Positions 49,935 through 60,055 of a DNA stretch of 64,000 bases are shown in pieces (the first letter of the stretch is position 1; every line of letters begins with the position of its first letter). The notes beneath the pieces were generated by a model. That model worked only from the letters and a program-made list of their open reading frames with translations, was not told where the DNA came from and searched no databases. Origin of the DNA: Candidatus Magasanikiibacteriota bacterium (lineage in GTDB: Bacteria; Patescibacteriota; Patescibacteriia; Magasanikbacterales; UBA922). The translations under genes were made by a program, and so were the position numbers. The stretch covers positions 746,759 to 810,758 of the forward strand of contig JAKITS010000001.1 of the NCBI GenBank assembly GCA_021648085.1, given 5' to 3'.

Positions 49935-50324
49935 ATGAAAAAGCTTCTAGGTTTTATTCTCTTACTTTCCATCTTCACATTCCCTACTTTTCTTGTATCT
50001 TGCGGAGACGAAGGATCTCCACCGTTTACTCTTTACAACAACACCGCTGAAGATGTAGAGCCTTATATTGATGTAGTTTTGGATGTTAATCTACATAACT
50101 GCGATGAGCTTGCGTGGGTAGAAAATGTTCAAGAATGTTGTGCCGATGACACAGGTTGTCTACCAGCTACATGTAGTTTGGAACAAAAAAAATACGAGTG
50201 CTGGATCTCTTGCCCAAGCAGATTTGCAGGAGCACCAACTACAAATACACGCTTTTCATTTGATCACGAACATCATTCTTTTAAAGTTGACTACAGAGAA
50301 TTTGGAATTCTCACCTGCAACTAA
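49935..50324 (+). CDS. small Cys-rich lipoprotein
   Basis: A strong AGGAGG ribosome-binding site lies 7 nt upstream of the ATG. The signal is MKKLLGFILLLSIFTFPTFLVSC with lipobox LVSC. The mature part has 10 Cys. A terminator lies at 50330-50360. Confidence 0.5.
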   Translation: MKKLLGFILLLSIFTFPTFLVSCGDEGSPPFTLYNNTAEDVEPYIDVVLDVNLHNCDELAWVENVQECCADDTGCLPATCSLEQKKYECWISCPSRFAGAPTTNTRFSFDHEHHSFKVDYREFGILTCN

Positions 50325-50357
50325 GACTCAAAAACCCTCGTTTTTAACGAGGGTTTT

Positions 50358-50545
50358 TTTATTCACGTCATATTGAGCGGAACGAAGTGGAGTCGAAATA
50401 TCTCGTGTTTGTTTCACTATTTTATGTTTTGGTGATACTTTCGCGAGATCCTTCGGCTTCGCTCAGGATGACATATTTTTATTTACGTCATATTGAGCGG
50501 AACGAAGTGGAGTCGAAATATCTCGTGTCTATTTCACTACTCCCG
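50358..50545. mobile_element. family A MITE full copy plus an adjacent L half-site
   Basis: TCACGTCATATTGAGCGGAACGAAGTGGAGTCGAAATATCTCGTGTTTGTTTCACTATTTTATGTTTTGGTGATACTTTCGCGAGATCCTTCGGCTTCGCTCAGGATGACAT, then a repeated L half. Confidence 0.7.
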
Positions 50546-53500
50546 TCTCAAAACATCGTCACTTTTTTTATGCAATTTTTCTCCTTTTTTCTTCATTTTT
50601 TGCACCCATTTATTTTCTTTATTTTCCATTTTAATTTTCTTTTTTTCTAATCTTTTTTCTACACTTCCTTTTTCAATAACTTTTTCACTTTTTTTGTGCA
50701 ATTTCTCTCCTTTTTTCTTCATTTTTTCTGCCCATTTATCCTTCTTTTCCATTGGTTTTTGAGCTGCTTCAAACTTCACAAAACCTTCTTTTGGATTTCC
50801 ATGCTCATCTACTTTTTGTGCCGAGTGAATAGCTTTATTTGCACCAGATTCTAAAACAACATTTTTACCAATAAATCCTTCTTTTTTAATTTCAGCGCTC
50901 AAAATATCTTCTGTTTTTGTGTTTTTAAATCCAACCTTTTCAAAAGTCACATAATAATCACTTGGACCAACCAAAAATGCATAGCGTCCTTTTGTGTCTG
51001 TAATTCTTGTTTCAATAAGTTTATTAAATTTCTTTGAAAACAAACGAGCCACAGCTTTTCCAATAGGTTTTTTATTTGATTTCTCGGATACAATCCCCCA
51101 ACCAGTTGGCTCTTTTGGTTTTATAAATCTATTAAATCCAACATATAAGCCTATTTGAATTACCAAAAATACTCCAATATACCATTCTGGTGTTATATAT
51201 AATGCCAAAGCCGTACCTAAAACACCAAGCAAAGAAATAGCGTGCTGCAAAAATACCAAACGCCCACGCCAAACAATTTTCCAAGGAATATGTTCTTTTT
51301 TACCTGAAAATTCAATTGGTATGCTTGGTGTAATTACAGTATCTTCTTCTGTCACTTTTATTGACTCACCGTGATAAACATCAAAAAATTCTCCATCTTC
51401 TTTTTTTCCTTTTAACAAACTAGATGGAAATTTGAAACCGCTTTTTGAAATTTGCATTAAGTATTCTCCAGGATCCGCAATAAACAAAAACCTACCTTCT
51501 CTGTCTGTCACTCTAGATTGAATAATTTTGTTTGTCTTTGCATCGAGCAAGCGCACAGTCGCTAAGTCAACAGGAAGCTTTGTAAGTGCATTGTAAACAA
51601 CCCCCCACTTTTTCCTCTTCCTCCTCCAAAACAAAAGTACTGGCTGGAAAAATATAAATCTAAATAGTGGTATTGCAGTAGTCCACAAAGATGGAATGAC
51701 AGCTGCAGCAGAAACACCAATTACACTTGGAGCCACAATAGTTTTAGTTAAAACTTCTATCTCTGGATCATCTGCTAACTGCTCCACTTTCAGAACTGCT
51801 TCGCCAAAAAATTCTGACAACACCCTACTTTGTTCTATAAATTTATCATTCAAATTTTCTGCAACATTTTTTATATTTTCCAAAACTGGAGCGTCTGGAT
51901 CTATAACATCTATCAAAGGCTTTGGCTTTTTAATTAAAGTTAAGTTTCTATTTACAATTCTATTTGCAACCACAAAACTCAAGGTCTCTTTTGGTCTATA
52001 TCCATCTCTTTGTGCCACAACTTTATACTGACCTGGAGGCACTATAAATGCATATGCTCCTCCTGCACTCGTAGACTGCGGATTTACCTGTCTATAGTTT
52101 GATGACGCCCACACCTGCTCCCCTGTATCCATATCAAGCAATGTAACACTTGCGTCTATTAAAATTTCTCTAGAAATATTGTCTCGTACCACACCATAAG
52201 GCAGTGAGTTTAATTCAAAACTACTAGAATCAAAAGTGCCGTCTGAAAACTCAATTTCTACATACGCAGAATACACACCAATTTGTGGCGTCACAAAATC
52301 CGAATAATACCAACCGTCTGAACTATCAAAATTGAAATTATATGAATTTCCCGCAACTTTCAAATCTATATTATCTACATCTTTCAAAGCTAAAGCTGAT
52401 TCTGATATTCCAATTGTGGTGTGATCGCCAGACAATGCACTAAGCACTCCTCCAATTAAAGTTGTATCTATTGTTCTCTCCGAAAGCCAAAAAAACAAAC
52501 TAGACTGTGGTAATTGCTCTCCAGACCCAACCGTGTCTGCTGGCGGATTGTACTCTTCTGTGTCATTTTTATTTTCACAACCCGGATCTTGCAAATCTAC
52601 TAGACCATCTCCATCATTGTCTAACCCATCATCACAAGCTGGACCCAAAGCAATACAAGCACTATTAGACGAACAATCCAAATCTGAGCAATCCACCGCA
52701 CCATCATTATCATTGTCTATTCCATCGGTACAGATCTCAACTCCAAGCGCGCAAGATGGTTCACTAATACATTCCAGATCTGCACAATCTGTAAAACCGT
52801 CGTTATCATTGTCTATTCCATCGGTACAAATCTCAACTCCAGAAATACAAACAGGCTCAAGTGCACAATCTATATCAGCGCAGTCGGTAGTACCGTCCAA
52901 ATCATTGTCCAAACTATCTGTACAAAAATTTACTTCACTATCCAAATGAGGAATAGCGGAAGCCGACACACCTGCACTATAATTTCCAGATGTATCAAAA
53001 ACAAAAATTGTATAAAAATATTCTGTCAAATTAGTTCGTCCTGTATTCAATAAACTCACACTATTTGGATTTGAAATCCTCATTATCTCTACTCCTTGAG
53101 TTATATTTGAAACAGGCGAAAGCCCACGACGAACCATAAAGTAATCAAAATCACTCAAAGAAACTGTATAATCCCAATTTAACTGGATCTGTCTATCTGC
53201 CCCAACCGCAGAAAAATTGGAAATATCAGGTGGTGGCGTAGTATCTGAAAGTGTTTCAAAAGAACTTATATGCGAAACCGTATTTCCCGAAGGGTCAATA
53301 CAAGAAATTTTGTAATAATACCTTGTATTTGGAAGTAAATTTCCAAAAGAAGATTCATAATATTGCCCACCAACATTGAAAGCACTGGCTGAAAGATCGA
53401 ACGGCTCTAGCGAATCATCCAGATCGTAACCAAAACTACACGAATCCACCAAAACATTATCCACTGCTGACCAACTTACATCTGCTGTTGTTAAATCAGA

Positions 53501-53998
53501 CACCACGCTTACACTAGAAATTACTGGTGGCTCATTTTCTCTTGTTGAAAAAATATCTGTTGAAACACTAGAATTACCAGCCAGATCTGCACAAGTAATT
53601 TTGAAAAAATAAAGTGTACCGGGTAATAAAGAAGTTAAATTTGAAGAATAATTTCCACCAACACCAGTCGCAGAAGCTGTAGTTCCATAACTTGAAGATA
53701 ACCCATACTCAAAATCACAATACAATACTCCCACATCATCAGTAGCACTCCACGAAACAGTAGCAAAAATATCCAACGCAGAAACGGAAACCGAAGAAAT
53801 AATTGGCGAAGCAGTATCTACAGGAGGATCTGGCGGATCTGGAATAACAACAGTATCCTCTTCGCCACCAGCATAATTTGCATTTACAGAAACAACCCCT
53901 GTTTCTGTGTCTGCCAAAACAACAGAAAATCCAGAAAAAACAAAGGTAAACAAAAATATAAAAAAAGTAAGAACTAATTTTTTAAAAAATTTAATCAT
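50537..53998 (-). CDS. large multi-domain surface/membrane protein (1153 aa): signal peptide, FN3/Ig-like domains, Cys-rich DGxDNDxDG (TSP3/dockerin-like) repeats, carboxypeptidase-regulatory-like (transthyretin-fold) domains, internal TM segments, Lys-rich repetitive C-terminus
   Basis: The signal is [49 protein letters not shown] occurs three times. CarbopepD_reg-like segments are present ([45 protein letters not shown]). The C-terminus carries [11 protein letters not shown] twice, encoded by a tandem DNA repeat abutting a MITE. Confidence 0.55.
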   Translation of the reverse strand: MIKFFKKLVLTFFIFLFTFVFSGFSVVLADTETGVVSVNANYAGGEEDTVVIPDPPDPPVDTASPIISSVSVSALDIFATVSWSATDDVGVLYCDFEYGLSSSYGTTASATGVGGNYSSNLTSLLPGTLYFFKITCADLAGNSSVSTDIFSTRENEPPVISSVSVVSDLTTADVSWSAVDNVLVDSCSFGYDLDDSLEPFDLSASAFNVGGQYYESSFGNLLPNTRYYYKISCIDPSGNTVSHISSFETLSDTTPPPDISNFSAVGADRQIQLNWDYTVSLSDFDYFMVRRGLSPVSNITQGVEIMRISNPNSVSLLNTGRTNLTEYFYTIFVFDTSGNYSAGVSASAIPHLDSEVNFCTDSLDNDLDGTTDCADIDCALEPVCISGVEICTDGIDNDNDGFTDCADLECISEPSCALGVEICTDGIDNDNDGAVDCSDLDCSSNSACIALGPACDDGLDNDGDGLVDLQDPGCENKNDTEEYNPPADTVGSGEQLPQSSLFFWLSERTIDTTLIGGVLSALSGDHTTIGISESALALKDVDNIDLKVAGNSYNFNFDSSDGWYYSDFVTPQIGVYSAYVEIEFSDGTFDSSSFELNSLPYGVVRDNISREILIDASVTLLDMDTGEQVWASSNYRQVNPQSTSAGGAYAFIVPPGQYKVVAQRDGYRPKETLSFVVANRIVNRNLTLIKKPKPLIDVIDPDAPVLENIKNVAENLNDKFIEQSRVLSEFFGEAVLKVEQLADDPEIEVLTKTIVAPSVIGVSAAAVIPSLWTTAIPLFRFIFFQPVLLFWRRKRKKWGVVYNALTKLPVDLATVRLLDAKTNKIIQSRVTDREGRFLFIADPGEYLMQISKSGFKFPSSLLKGKKEDGEFFDVYHGESIKVTEEDTVITPSIPIEFSGKKEHIPWKIVWRGRLVFLQHAISLLGVLGTALALYITPEWYIGVFLVIQIGLYVGFNRFIKPKEPTGWGIVSEKSNKKPIGKAVARLFSKKFNKLIETRITDTKGRYAFLVGPSDYYVTFEKVGFKNTKTEDILSAEIKKEGFIGKNVVLESGANKAIHSAQKVDEHGNPKEGFVKFEAAQKPMEKKDKWAEKMKKKGEKLHKKSEKVIEKGSVEKRLEKKKIKMENKENKWVQKMKKKGEKLHKKSDDVLRRE

Positions 53999-54109
53999 AT
54001 TTTGTTATTTATTAAATTGATATTTTTAAAATGTTTAAAGGATTTCTCGCTTTACTGAGAAATGACAGAAGACCATACACACCATCCCGAACAAGACGGA
54101 ACAAAGTGT

Positions 54110-54350
54110 AGTGGAGTCGAAAATCAAAGCTCACGTCATATTGAGCGGAGTGAAACGGAGTCGAAATATCTCGATGTTGTATCATTAGAACTTTGAATAT
54201 TTTGCGTTCTAGTGTTTTTATCTCGAGATCCTTCGACTTCGCTCAGGATGACATGAATGTTATGCTTCGCTCCGTTCGGGGGATAATATATTTTTTATTC
54301 ACGTCATATTGAGCGGAACGAAGTGGAGTCGAAATATCTCGTGTTTGTTT
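54110..54350. mobile_element. family A MITE copies (two, with fragments), preceded by a family C fragment at 54003-54075
   Basis: CACGTCATATTGAGCGGAGTGAAACGGAGTCGAAATATCTCG ... CGAGATCCTTCGACTTCGCTCAGGATGACATG, then TCACGTCATATTGAGCGGAACGAAGTGGAGTCGAAATATCTCG. Confidence 0.65.
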
Positions 54351-54411
54351 CACTATTTTTCTCTTTTTTATACTAATCCAAGCGAAATAATTCATCAAAC
54401 GAAATTATATA

Positions 54412-55317
54412 TCACTTACGAAAACGCTTAACAATACGCCCTCCAATAGTAAACACCAAAATAAAACTGGTCAAAACCCCAGTCATTACATAAATAAGCC
54501 ACAAAGGAATATACCAAAAACTTTCTACATCATGAATTTGGTTTTGTGTAAGACCATATACCACAGTAAGCTCGACTCTTAACGGCCCTATCGCACCAAT
54601 ACCAACATCTTCTATTTTTAAAACTTCATGCCAAACACCTCTTGGTAAAACCTTGCGTTGATCCAAATTTATATAAACTTTACCAACCTCTTTTCCAAAA
54701 ATATTTTTTAAAACTACCTGCCCACGCGGACTAACATGAATTGTTCCTTTGTTTTGCAAACCCAACGCAAACTCAAATTCTGGTGTAAAAAATAATTTTT
54801 TACTAACACTAAATGTAGTTCGCACCAAATCTTCACTTACCTCGCCTTCTACATACAAAAACAAAAGTGAACCAATCCTAGATGAAAGCGCTACTTGCCC
54901 ACCACTGTTTACCTTTTTTGCAAAAAGCCCAAGATAATATGCTCCAGGCTGTGCCGATTCTGGAATAGTAAACAAAAACCTTATTTTACCTTTTTCTCCA
55001 GCCTTAAGTACCAATTTTGAAGATTCTGTGTTTACCCAGTTTTGTGCGTCTGAAAATTGACCAAATTTAGCAATTCCTGTCTCTGAATCTATTATAAAAC
55101 CATCTACTTCTTTTATAAAAGATGATTTTTCATCTGAATCATTTATAATATCAACAAAAAATTCTACCTCTTCTCCAGGTTTTACTATATTAGTCTGTTT
55201 CAACGGCGAAACACTAAAAGCAAATACATCTGGAGTACTCAATACAAAAAAAGAACTTATTACCAAAAAAGCAATCGTCAATAATTTAATTTTTCTACTT
55301 AAATTAAACAAAATCAT
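54412..55317 (-). CDS. cell-surface protein with an N-terminal signal peptide and a C-terminal TM anchor with a basic tail (DUF916-like architecture)
   Basis: The signal is MILFNLSRKIKLLTIAFLVISSFFVLSTPDVFA. The C-terminus is WLIYVMTGVLTSFILVFTIGGRIVKRFRK. Its start overlaps the upstream gene by 4 bp. Confidence 0.4.
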   Translation of the reverse strand: MILFNLSRKIKLLTIAFLVISSFFVLSTPDVFAFSVSPLKQTNIVKPGEEVEFFVDIINDSDEKSSFIKEVDGFIIDSETGIAKFGQFSDAQNWVNTESSKLVLKAGEKGKIRFLFTIPESAQPGAYYLGLFAKKVNSGGQVALSSRIGSLLFLYVEGEVSEDLVRTTFSVSKKLFFTPEFEFALGLQNKGTIHVSPRGQVVLKNIFGKEVGKVYINLDQRKVLPRGVWHEVLKIEDVGIGAIGPLRVELTVVYGLTQNQIHDVESFWYIPLWLIYVMTGVLTSFILVFTIGGRIVKRFRK

Positions 55318-56033
55318 GGATTTACAGTCAAAGTAAATGTAACATCGTGAGAATAGTCACCAACCGGTGTTTCTTGAATTACAGCAGCTTTAAATGTAAC
55401 TGTCGATTGACTTCTCACGGCACCACCGTTTACAGAGACAATAGCCAATCCGTTTACAATCGCTTGATCGTCATTAAACAAAAATCCAGCCCCACTTACT
55501 GCGACACCATATTCTTCAAAATTTGCTGTCACCTGACTATCCAAAACATCGTTTATAATATTTACTCCAGATCTAAGGTCTCCATCTTCTGTCATAGAAA
55601 TAGAATAACCATTTTTAGAGTCAGTAGTCACTGTTAAATCAACTTCTGCACTAACTACAGCTGTTTTTGTAAGAGAACCCAAATCAATTGAGTTTGAACT
55701 TTGTGTAAAAGCTAATACTCCTTTATCTTGAGCTTGAAAACCAGACTTTAGTGTAAAAGTATTTCCTGTTGAAGTTGTCACCCCAAACTCTCCCATAGTG
55801 TCGTAAAGTGTGAACACTCCACCAGTACTAGAAACAGTGGAGACTACATTGAAAGCATCAGCATAAACCTCAAAATTACCGCCAGTCATAGCAGTATTTA
55901 CAGGCGAAGCCCATACAAATAATAGCGCAACCGCTAAAATGTTTATTTGAAACTTTTTAATATTCATACCGTTTGAAAGATTGTTATTAAATATGCTTTC
56001 GTTGGTGATATTGTTAAATTTTGAGCAAGACAA
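55314..56033 (-). CDS. secreted protein with a WxL-like C-terminus (variant ...GDYSHDVTFTLTVNP)
   Basis: It has a signal peptide and a Thr/Ser/Gly-rich beta-rich body. The C-terminal pattern G.Y...VTFTLT..P resembles the WxL motif (GTYTG.ITWTL.DAP), with W replaced by F. It is co-operonic with the DUF916-like gene. Confidence 0.4.
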   Translation of the reverse strand: MSCSKFNNITNESIFNNNLSNGMNIKKFQINILAVALLFVWASPVNTAMTGGNFEVYADAFNVVSTVSSTGGVFTLYDTMGEFGVTTSTGNTFTLKSGFQAQDKGVLAFTQSSNSIDLGSLTKTAVVSAEVDLTVTTDSKNGYSISMTEDGDLRSGVNIINDVLDSQVTANFEEYGVAVSGAGFLFNDDQAIVNGLAIVSVNGGAVRSQSTVTFKAAVIQETPVGDYSHDVTFTLTVNP

Positions 56034-56399
56034 AAAGAAAAATTTTACTGATATATTTATAAGTTAACTTTTTTCTTGAAGTTGTAGTCAAAATTTAATA
56101 ATATCAATAGAAATGATATTTAATATTAACTTTTTCATTATAACATAAATACAAAAAGCAAAAAATAGCCCAAATAAGTATATAAATTGAATTAAGGATA
56201 TTTCAATAAATCATCCCCATATCAAGACCCAGGGTATTTTTTTGTATTTAATATTATGGATTAAATAAATAATTCCCAAAATAGAATTTTAGAATATTTT
56301 TGTAATAATTATTGCAATATCGAAGCAAGCTTTGATGTATTAATATGAATAAAAGAAACCCCATCAAGATAAGGATTATAAAAATCTTATATATTATCC

Positions 56400-56500
56400 T
56401 AAACGAAGCCGAAGGATCTTGGGAATATATCACCTTTCCATAACGTCATCCTGAGCGAAGTCGAAGGATCTCGGGACAGTATCACAAGAATGTAAAATAT
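56400..56500. mobile_element. family A MITE copy (reverse orientation), followed by a family B copy at 56534-56665
   Basis: CGAAGCCGAAGGATCTTGGGAATATATCACCTTTCCATAACGTCATCCTGAGCGAAGTCGAAGGATCTCGGGACAG. Confidence 0.6.
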
Positions 56501-56823
56501 TCATAATTCTGGTAATACAAACCCTAAACTTCCTTTGTCATTCCCGACCTAGATCGGGAATTCAGAGTATATAAACTAAAATTGTGTTTATATAAAAATA
56601 TATAAACTATAATAAATTATACTATTATTTAAACCTTGGATCCCCAATCAAATTAAAAATAACAAAAGAAAAAACATTAAGACATTATGCAGATAATATG
56701 ATAGAAAAATAGCCAAAATAAGTAGATAAATTGAATTAACGGATTGACAAAAGTGCTTTTTTGTAGTAATACTAAAAAGTTCACTCAACCAATCTCGAAA
56801 GAGATTACACCACAAGGTATAAA

Positions 56824-57036
56824 ATGTCTCAACAACTTCTGACTTCTACTCTGGAAGCTTACTCGCCTTTCAGTAAAGAAGGTGCTATTGTCGTCAAAGA
56901 TCGAAGAACAGGTCTAACAATCGCCATAGAAATATCTGGCAATGAACTTGATATCAATTACCAGCCAGAAGAAACAAGCCATGATCAAGAGGTCGTAATT
57001 AATCCCAAAAAACCCAACGTATTCATAGTGCGTTAA
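56824..57036 (+). CDS. small hypothetical protein (70 aa)
   Basis: The ORF is followed by a hairpin terminator (GAGGATTTTGTCTTTCTAGGCAAATCCTCCTTTTT) at 57050-57088. It is flanked by duplicated segments of about 100 bp. Confidence 0.35.
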   Translation: MSQQLLTSTLEAYSPFSKEGAIVVKDRRTGLTIAIEISGNELDINYQPEETSHDQEVVINPKKPNVFIVR

Positions 57037-57406
57037 ATCAAGAGATTTTACCCAAAGAGGATTTTGTCTTTCTAGGCAAATCCTCCTTTTTCCCTTCTCA
57101 TTATACATAAATATTGTACGACCAAGCTTCTGCTTTAAAATAAATTATTTTTAGAGTAAGTCCTTAAATATTTTTCAAAATAAAATTTTAGAATATTTTT
57201 GTAATCATTAACACCACACCAAAATAAACCTAAATGTATTAATATGAATAAAAAGTTTCTTCCCTTTGAAATAAATAAATCATAGACTTTTTTCTATTAT
57301 ACTAAAATAAAGTATTTTTATTCACATTATATTGAGTGTAATGCCAGCAGGCAGGAAACAAAGTTGAACGATCGCTGTGCAGTATAACCAAAATATAAAT
57401 AGTTAG

Positions 57407-57555
57407 TCTCCATTTTTTTCTGTCATTTCGAATCCGAGAGTACGGATAAGAAATGGCTTAGATATTTTAATTAGTATGTTCTACATTTTTGAAATGTTTA
57501 AAGAATTCCAGTCTGCCAGCGGACGAATCTAACTTTATTCAAAATAACAGAATTC
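57407..57555. mobile_element. MITE-like element, family C (TTCTGTCATTTCGAATCCGAGAG ... AAATGTTTAAAGAATTCCAGTCTGCCAGCGG ... TTCAAAATAACAGAATTC)
   Basis: It is homologous to 13873-14020 and has imperfect terminal inverted repeats. Confidence 0.5.
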
Positions 57556-58753
57556 TTGTGTTTTTTTATTTTGGTGATATAAATTGTAGAATCTTTCGAC
57601 TTCATTCCGCTTTACTCCATTTTATTTAAGCTAGTGTAATTTTTCCACAAAGTTAAACCCAACACATACCATATCCTGGGTAGAATACCAACCTTCCTAC
57701 AGACAGAGCTTCGGCTATTGCTCAAGATGTTATAGTTTTTAATCCGGTTATACTGAGCAAAAGAAAAGAAAACAAAGCTTGAAGGATTTTGTGAAATAAA
57801 AAAGAACTCTGAATATTTTACACTCTTCTTCTTAAACCTACTTAATCGTTTGTCTAACTTACTTATTACCAAAACAGTTTGGTCAATCAAAAAATAGAGA
57901 AACAGGCGTTAAAAGGGAATATAATGGGCTTTGACGGCTTTTTTATCTTCAACAGTTTCGTATGAAACTAACTTTTTATTTTTTAAAATAGTTAACAGTT
58001 TATGTGGATAACTTTATAGAAATAAAAAAGTTTCTAAAGCCTTTAAAACAACTAAACTAAGCGTTTTTTGTGCGAAGACTAAAAATTAGTCTTAGAAAAA
58101 ATAAAAGTTATTAACATGTTATCAACAATACAAAATTATCGCTAAACAATGCTTTAATCTGATAAAATACTCATTATTTTGGATATACAAATTTTCTACT
58201 CCTTATTTTTTATATTTTTCCGCCATTATTAGTATTTTTTTGTCTACTATCTTCATCGCCGTCCTTTTTACTGTCCCCAACATTTTTTCTATTTATCATT
58301 TTTAGTACTTTTTTTGTGATCCTCAGCCTGATTTAGGATCTAAAAAATTATATTACTATTTATTATTTTTTACTAAGGTTAAGGATAGTAGATAAAGTAT
58401 TAAGACTAAAAACTCCTGAATTCCTGGTCAAACTAAGAATAATAAAGGCGATAAAGATTTTAAGCCTTACGAACTTTCTAATTTTCCTTTGCTTATCATT
58501 CCCGATCGGGGTCGGGAATGACAAAAGGGATTTAAGGTTTAGACTCTGGATTCTCGATTAGCGCAGTAATAACAAAAAAATACGGTTAATAATAACAAAA
58601 AAGATATATATAATTTTTATACATTATTTTTAAAAAATAAATCATTTTTAGGATGGAATCCCAGCGTATTTTTTTAAGAATTATTATTATATTAAGACAA
58701 TCCTCGGTGTATATTATTGTAAGTAAAAAACCCGCAAGTATTTGCGGGTTTAC

Positions 58754-59215
58754 TTAGTGTATGTTTTTATAACTCTCTTTTATTATCTCTTTTGCCATCT
58801 TAGAATCTGGCTGAACCTGCATTCTCTCGACACTGGACAACCAAAGCCGCTTGTTCAAACTGTAAATAACAATTTCTACACAAAATCCCTCTATAATTAC
58901 ACCAGAATAAAGTGAAGAAGATCCGGAAATTGACACAGCACCTTCTATTCTACATCGTACTGGTTTTGAAAAAAACTCTTTGTTAGTTCCACAAATAACG
59001 CAAACACCAGTCTTAGGATCTATTAATGCAATTTTATAACTAGAATTAGTTGTTTTCAAACAAATAAGTGTGTATATTTTTAAATCCTTTATCTTTATTT
59101 TTTTGTAGTCCTTAAGGATATCTACCAAAGTTTTAAAGTCTATACCAAGCTTTCCCTCTTCATTTTTTACTGTCTTTTCTTTTTTTCTGCTTCCCATTTT
59201 AGCCTCCCTGTTCAT
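58754..59215 (-). CDS. hypothetical protein (possible PilZ-like fold, very uncertain)
   Basis: 153-aa ORF. Weak resemblance to RxxxR ... SxSG motifs. No firm assignment. Confidence 0.3.
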   Translation of the reverse strand: MNREAKMGSRKKEKTVKNEEGKLGIDFKTLVDILKDYKKIKIKDLKIYTLICLKTTNSSYKIALIDPKTGVCVICGTNKEFFSKPVRCRIEGAVSISGSSSLYSGVIIEGFCVEIVIYSLNKRLWLSSVERMQVQPDSKMAKEIIKESYKNIH

Positions 59216-59411
59216 TGTACGACATTTTTATTTGTCTTATTCTAGTTTTTTTTGAAAAATATTCCTAACTACTTTCTATTACTTTTGCTTTATGTTTTAG
59301 CCCAAAGATAAACTAGAATTTATAAACATTCTTGCCTACTTTCAAAAAATAAAAACTTTTTATAAGTGATAGGTATTAATTGAAATTCTTAGCTAAAATA
59401 AGAATAAAAAC

Positions 59412-59770
59412 TGTGGATAAGGTATGGATAAACTGTGGATAAGTTTTATTTTTGTTTTTACCAAATCTATAGAAATAAGTATTTTTTTATAAAAAACCAG
59501 AAAACTAAACACTTAATTTAATCAATTATAAACTTATTTTTTAGCTTTATTTAGATTAAATACCTATTTTAAAAGTGTGGATAAGGTGTGGATAAGTTTT
59601 ATTTTTGTCTTGTATAACAAAAATAAACCAGCGAACTGCTACAGATGTCTTTTTTTATTTTATTAAACTTTTTTAAAGTTTATTTCTACTTTAGATCTAA
59701 ATTAAAAAACTGTTTATAACTTGTGTATAAACTGTGTATATCTATAAAAATACTGTGTATAACATTTTTA
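59412..59770. promoter_or_regulatory. DnaA-box cluster: four perfect TGTGGATAA boxes (59412, 59434, 59576, 59587), one TATGGATAA (59423) and four TGTKTATAW variants (59715-59768) around an AT-rich spacer; candidate oriC or DnaA-regulated region
   Basis: The boxes are seen directly. The two box pairs are separated by about 135 bp of sequence that is more than 80% AT. The 18-mer ACTGTGGATAAGTTTTAT recurs at 49567 and, as a reverse-complement variant, at 23750. Confidence 0.5.
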
Positions 59771-59830
59771 AACAGATAATTTTAAGGAGCTTTTTTGTCC
59801 ACAACCAAATTTTAATTATTTTGGACATTT

Positions 59831-59902
59831 GTCCTCTCGGCAGGAATCGAACCTACATCTAGGCATTAGGAGTGCCTCGTTCTATCCATTGAACTACGAG
59901 AG
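59831..59902 (-). tRNA. tRNA-Arg (anticodon CCT)
   Basis: In the reverse complement: the acceptor CCTCTCG/CGAGAGG is perfect, the D-arm is GTTC-AATGGATA-GAAC, the anticodon stem is AGGCA/TGCCT with loop CTCCTAA, and the T-arm is GTAGG-TTCGATT-CCTGC. Confidence 0.75.
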
Positions 59903-60055
59903 GATAGATAAAATTCTAAATATTTATTGTTCTAGTGATACTATCTAAAGATCCCTACCTACCGGCAGGCATTCTTTTTTTTCTTGCTCACACCATTATT
60001 TTATACTATAATTCTCTTATAAATTCAAGTCTTAAATATAAATATTACACTAACT

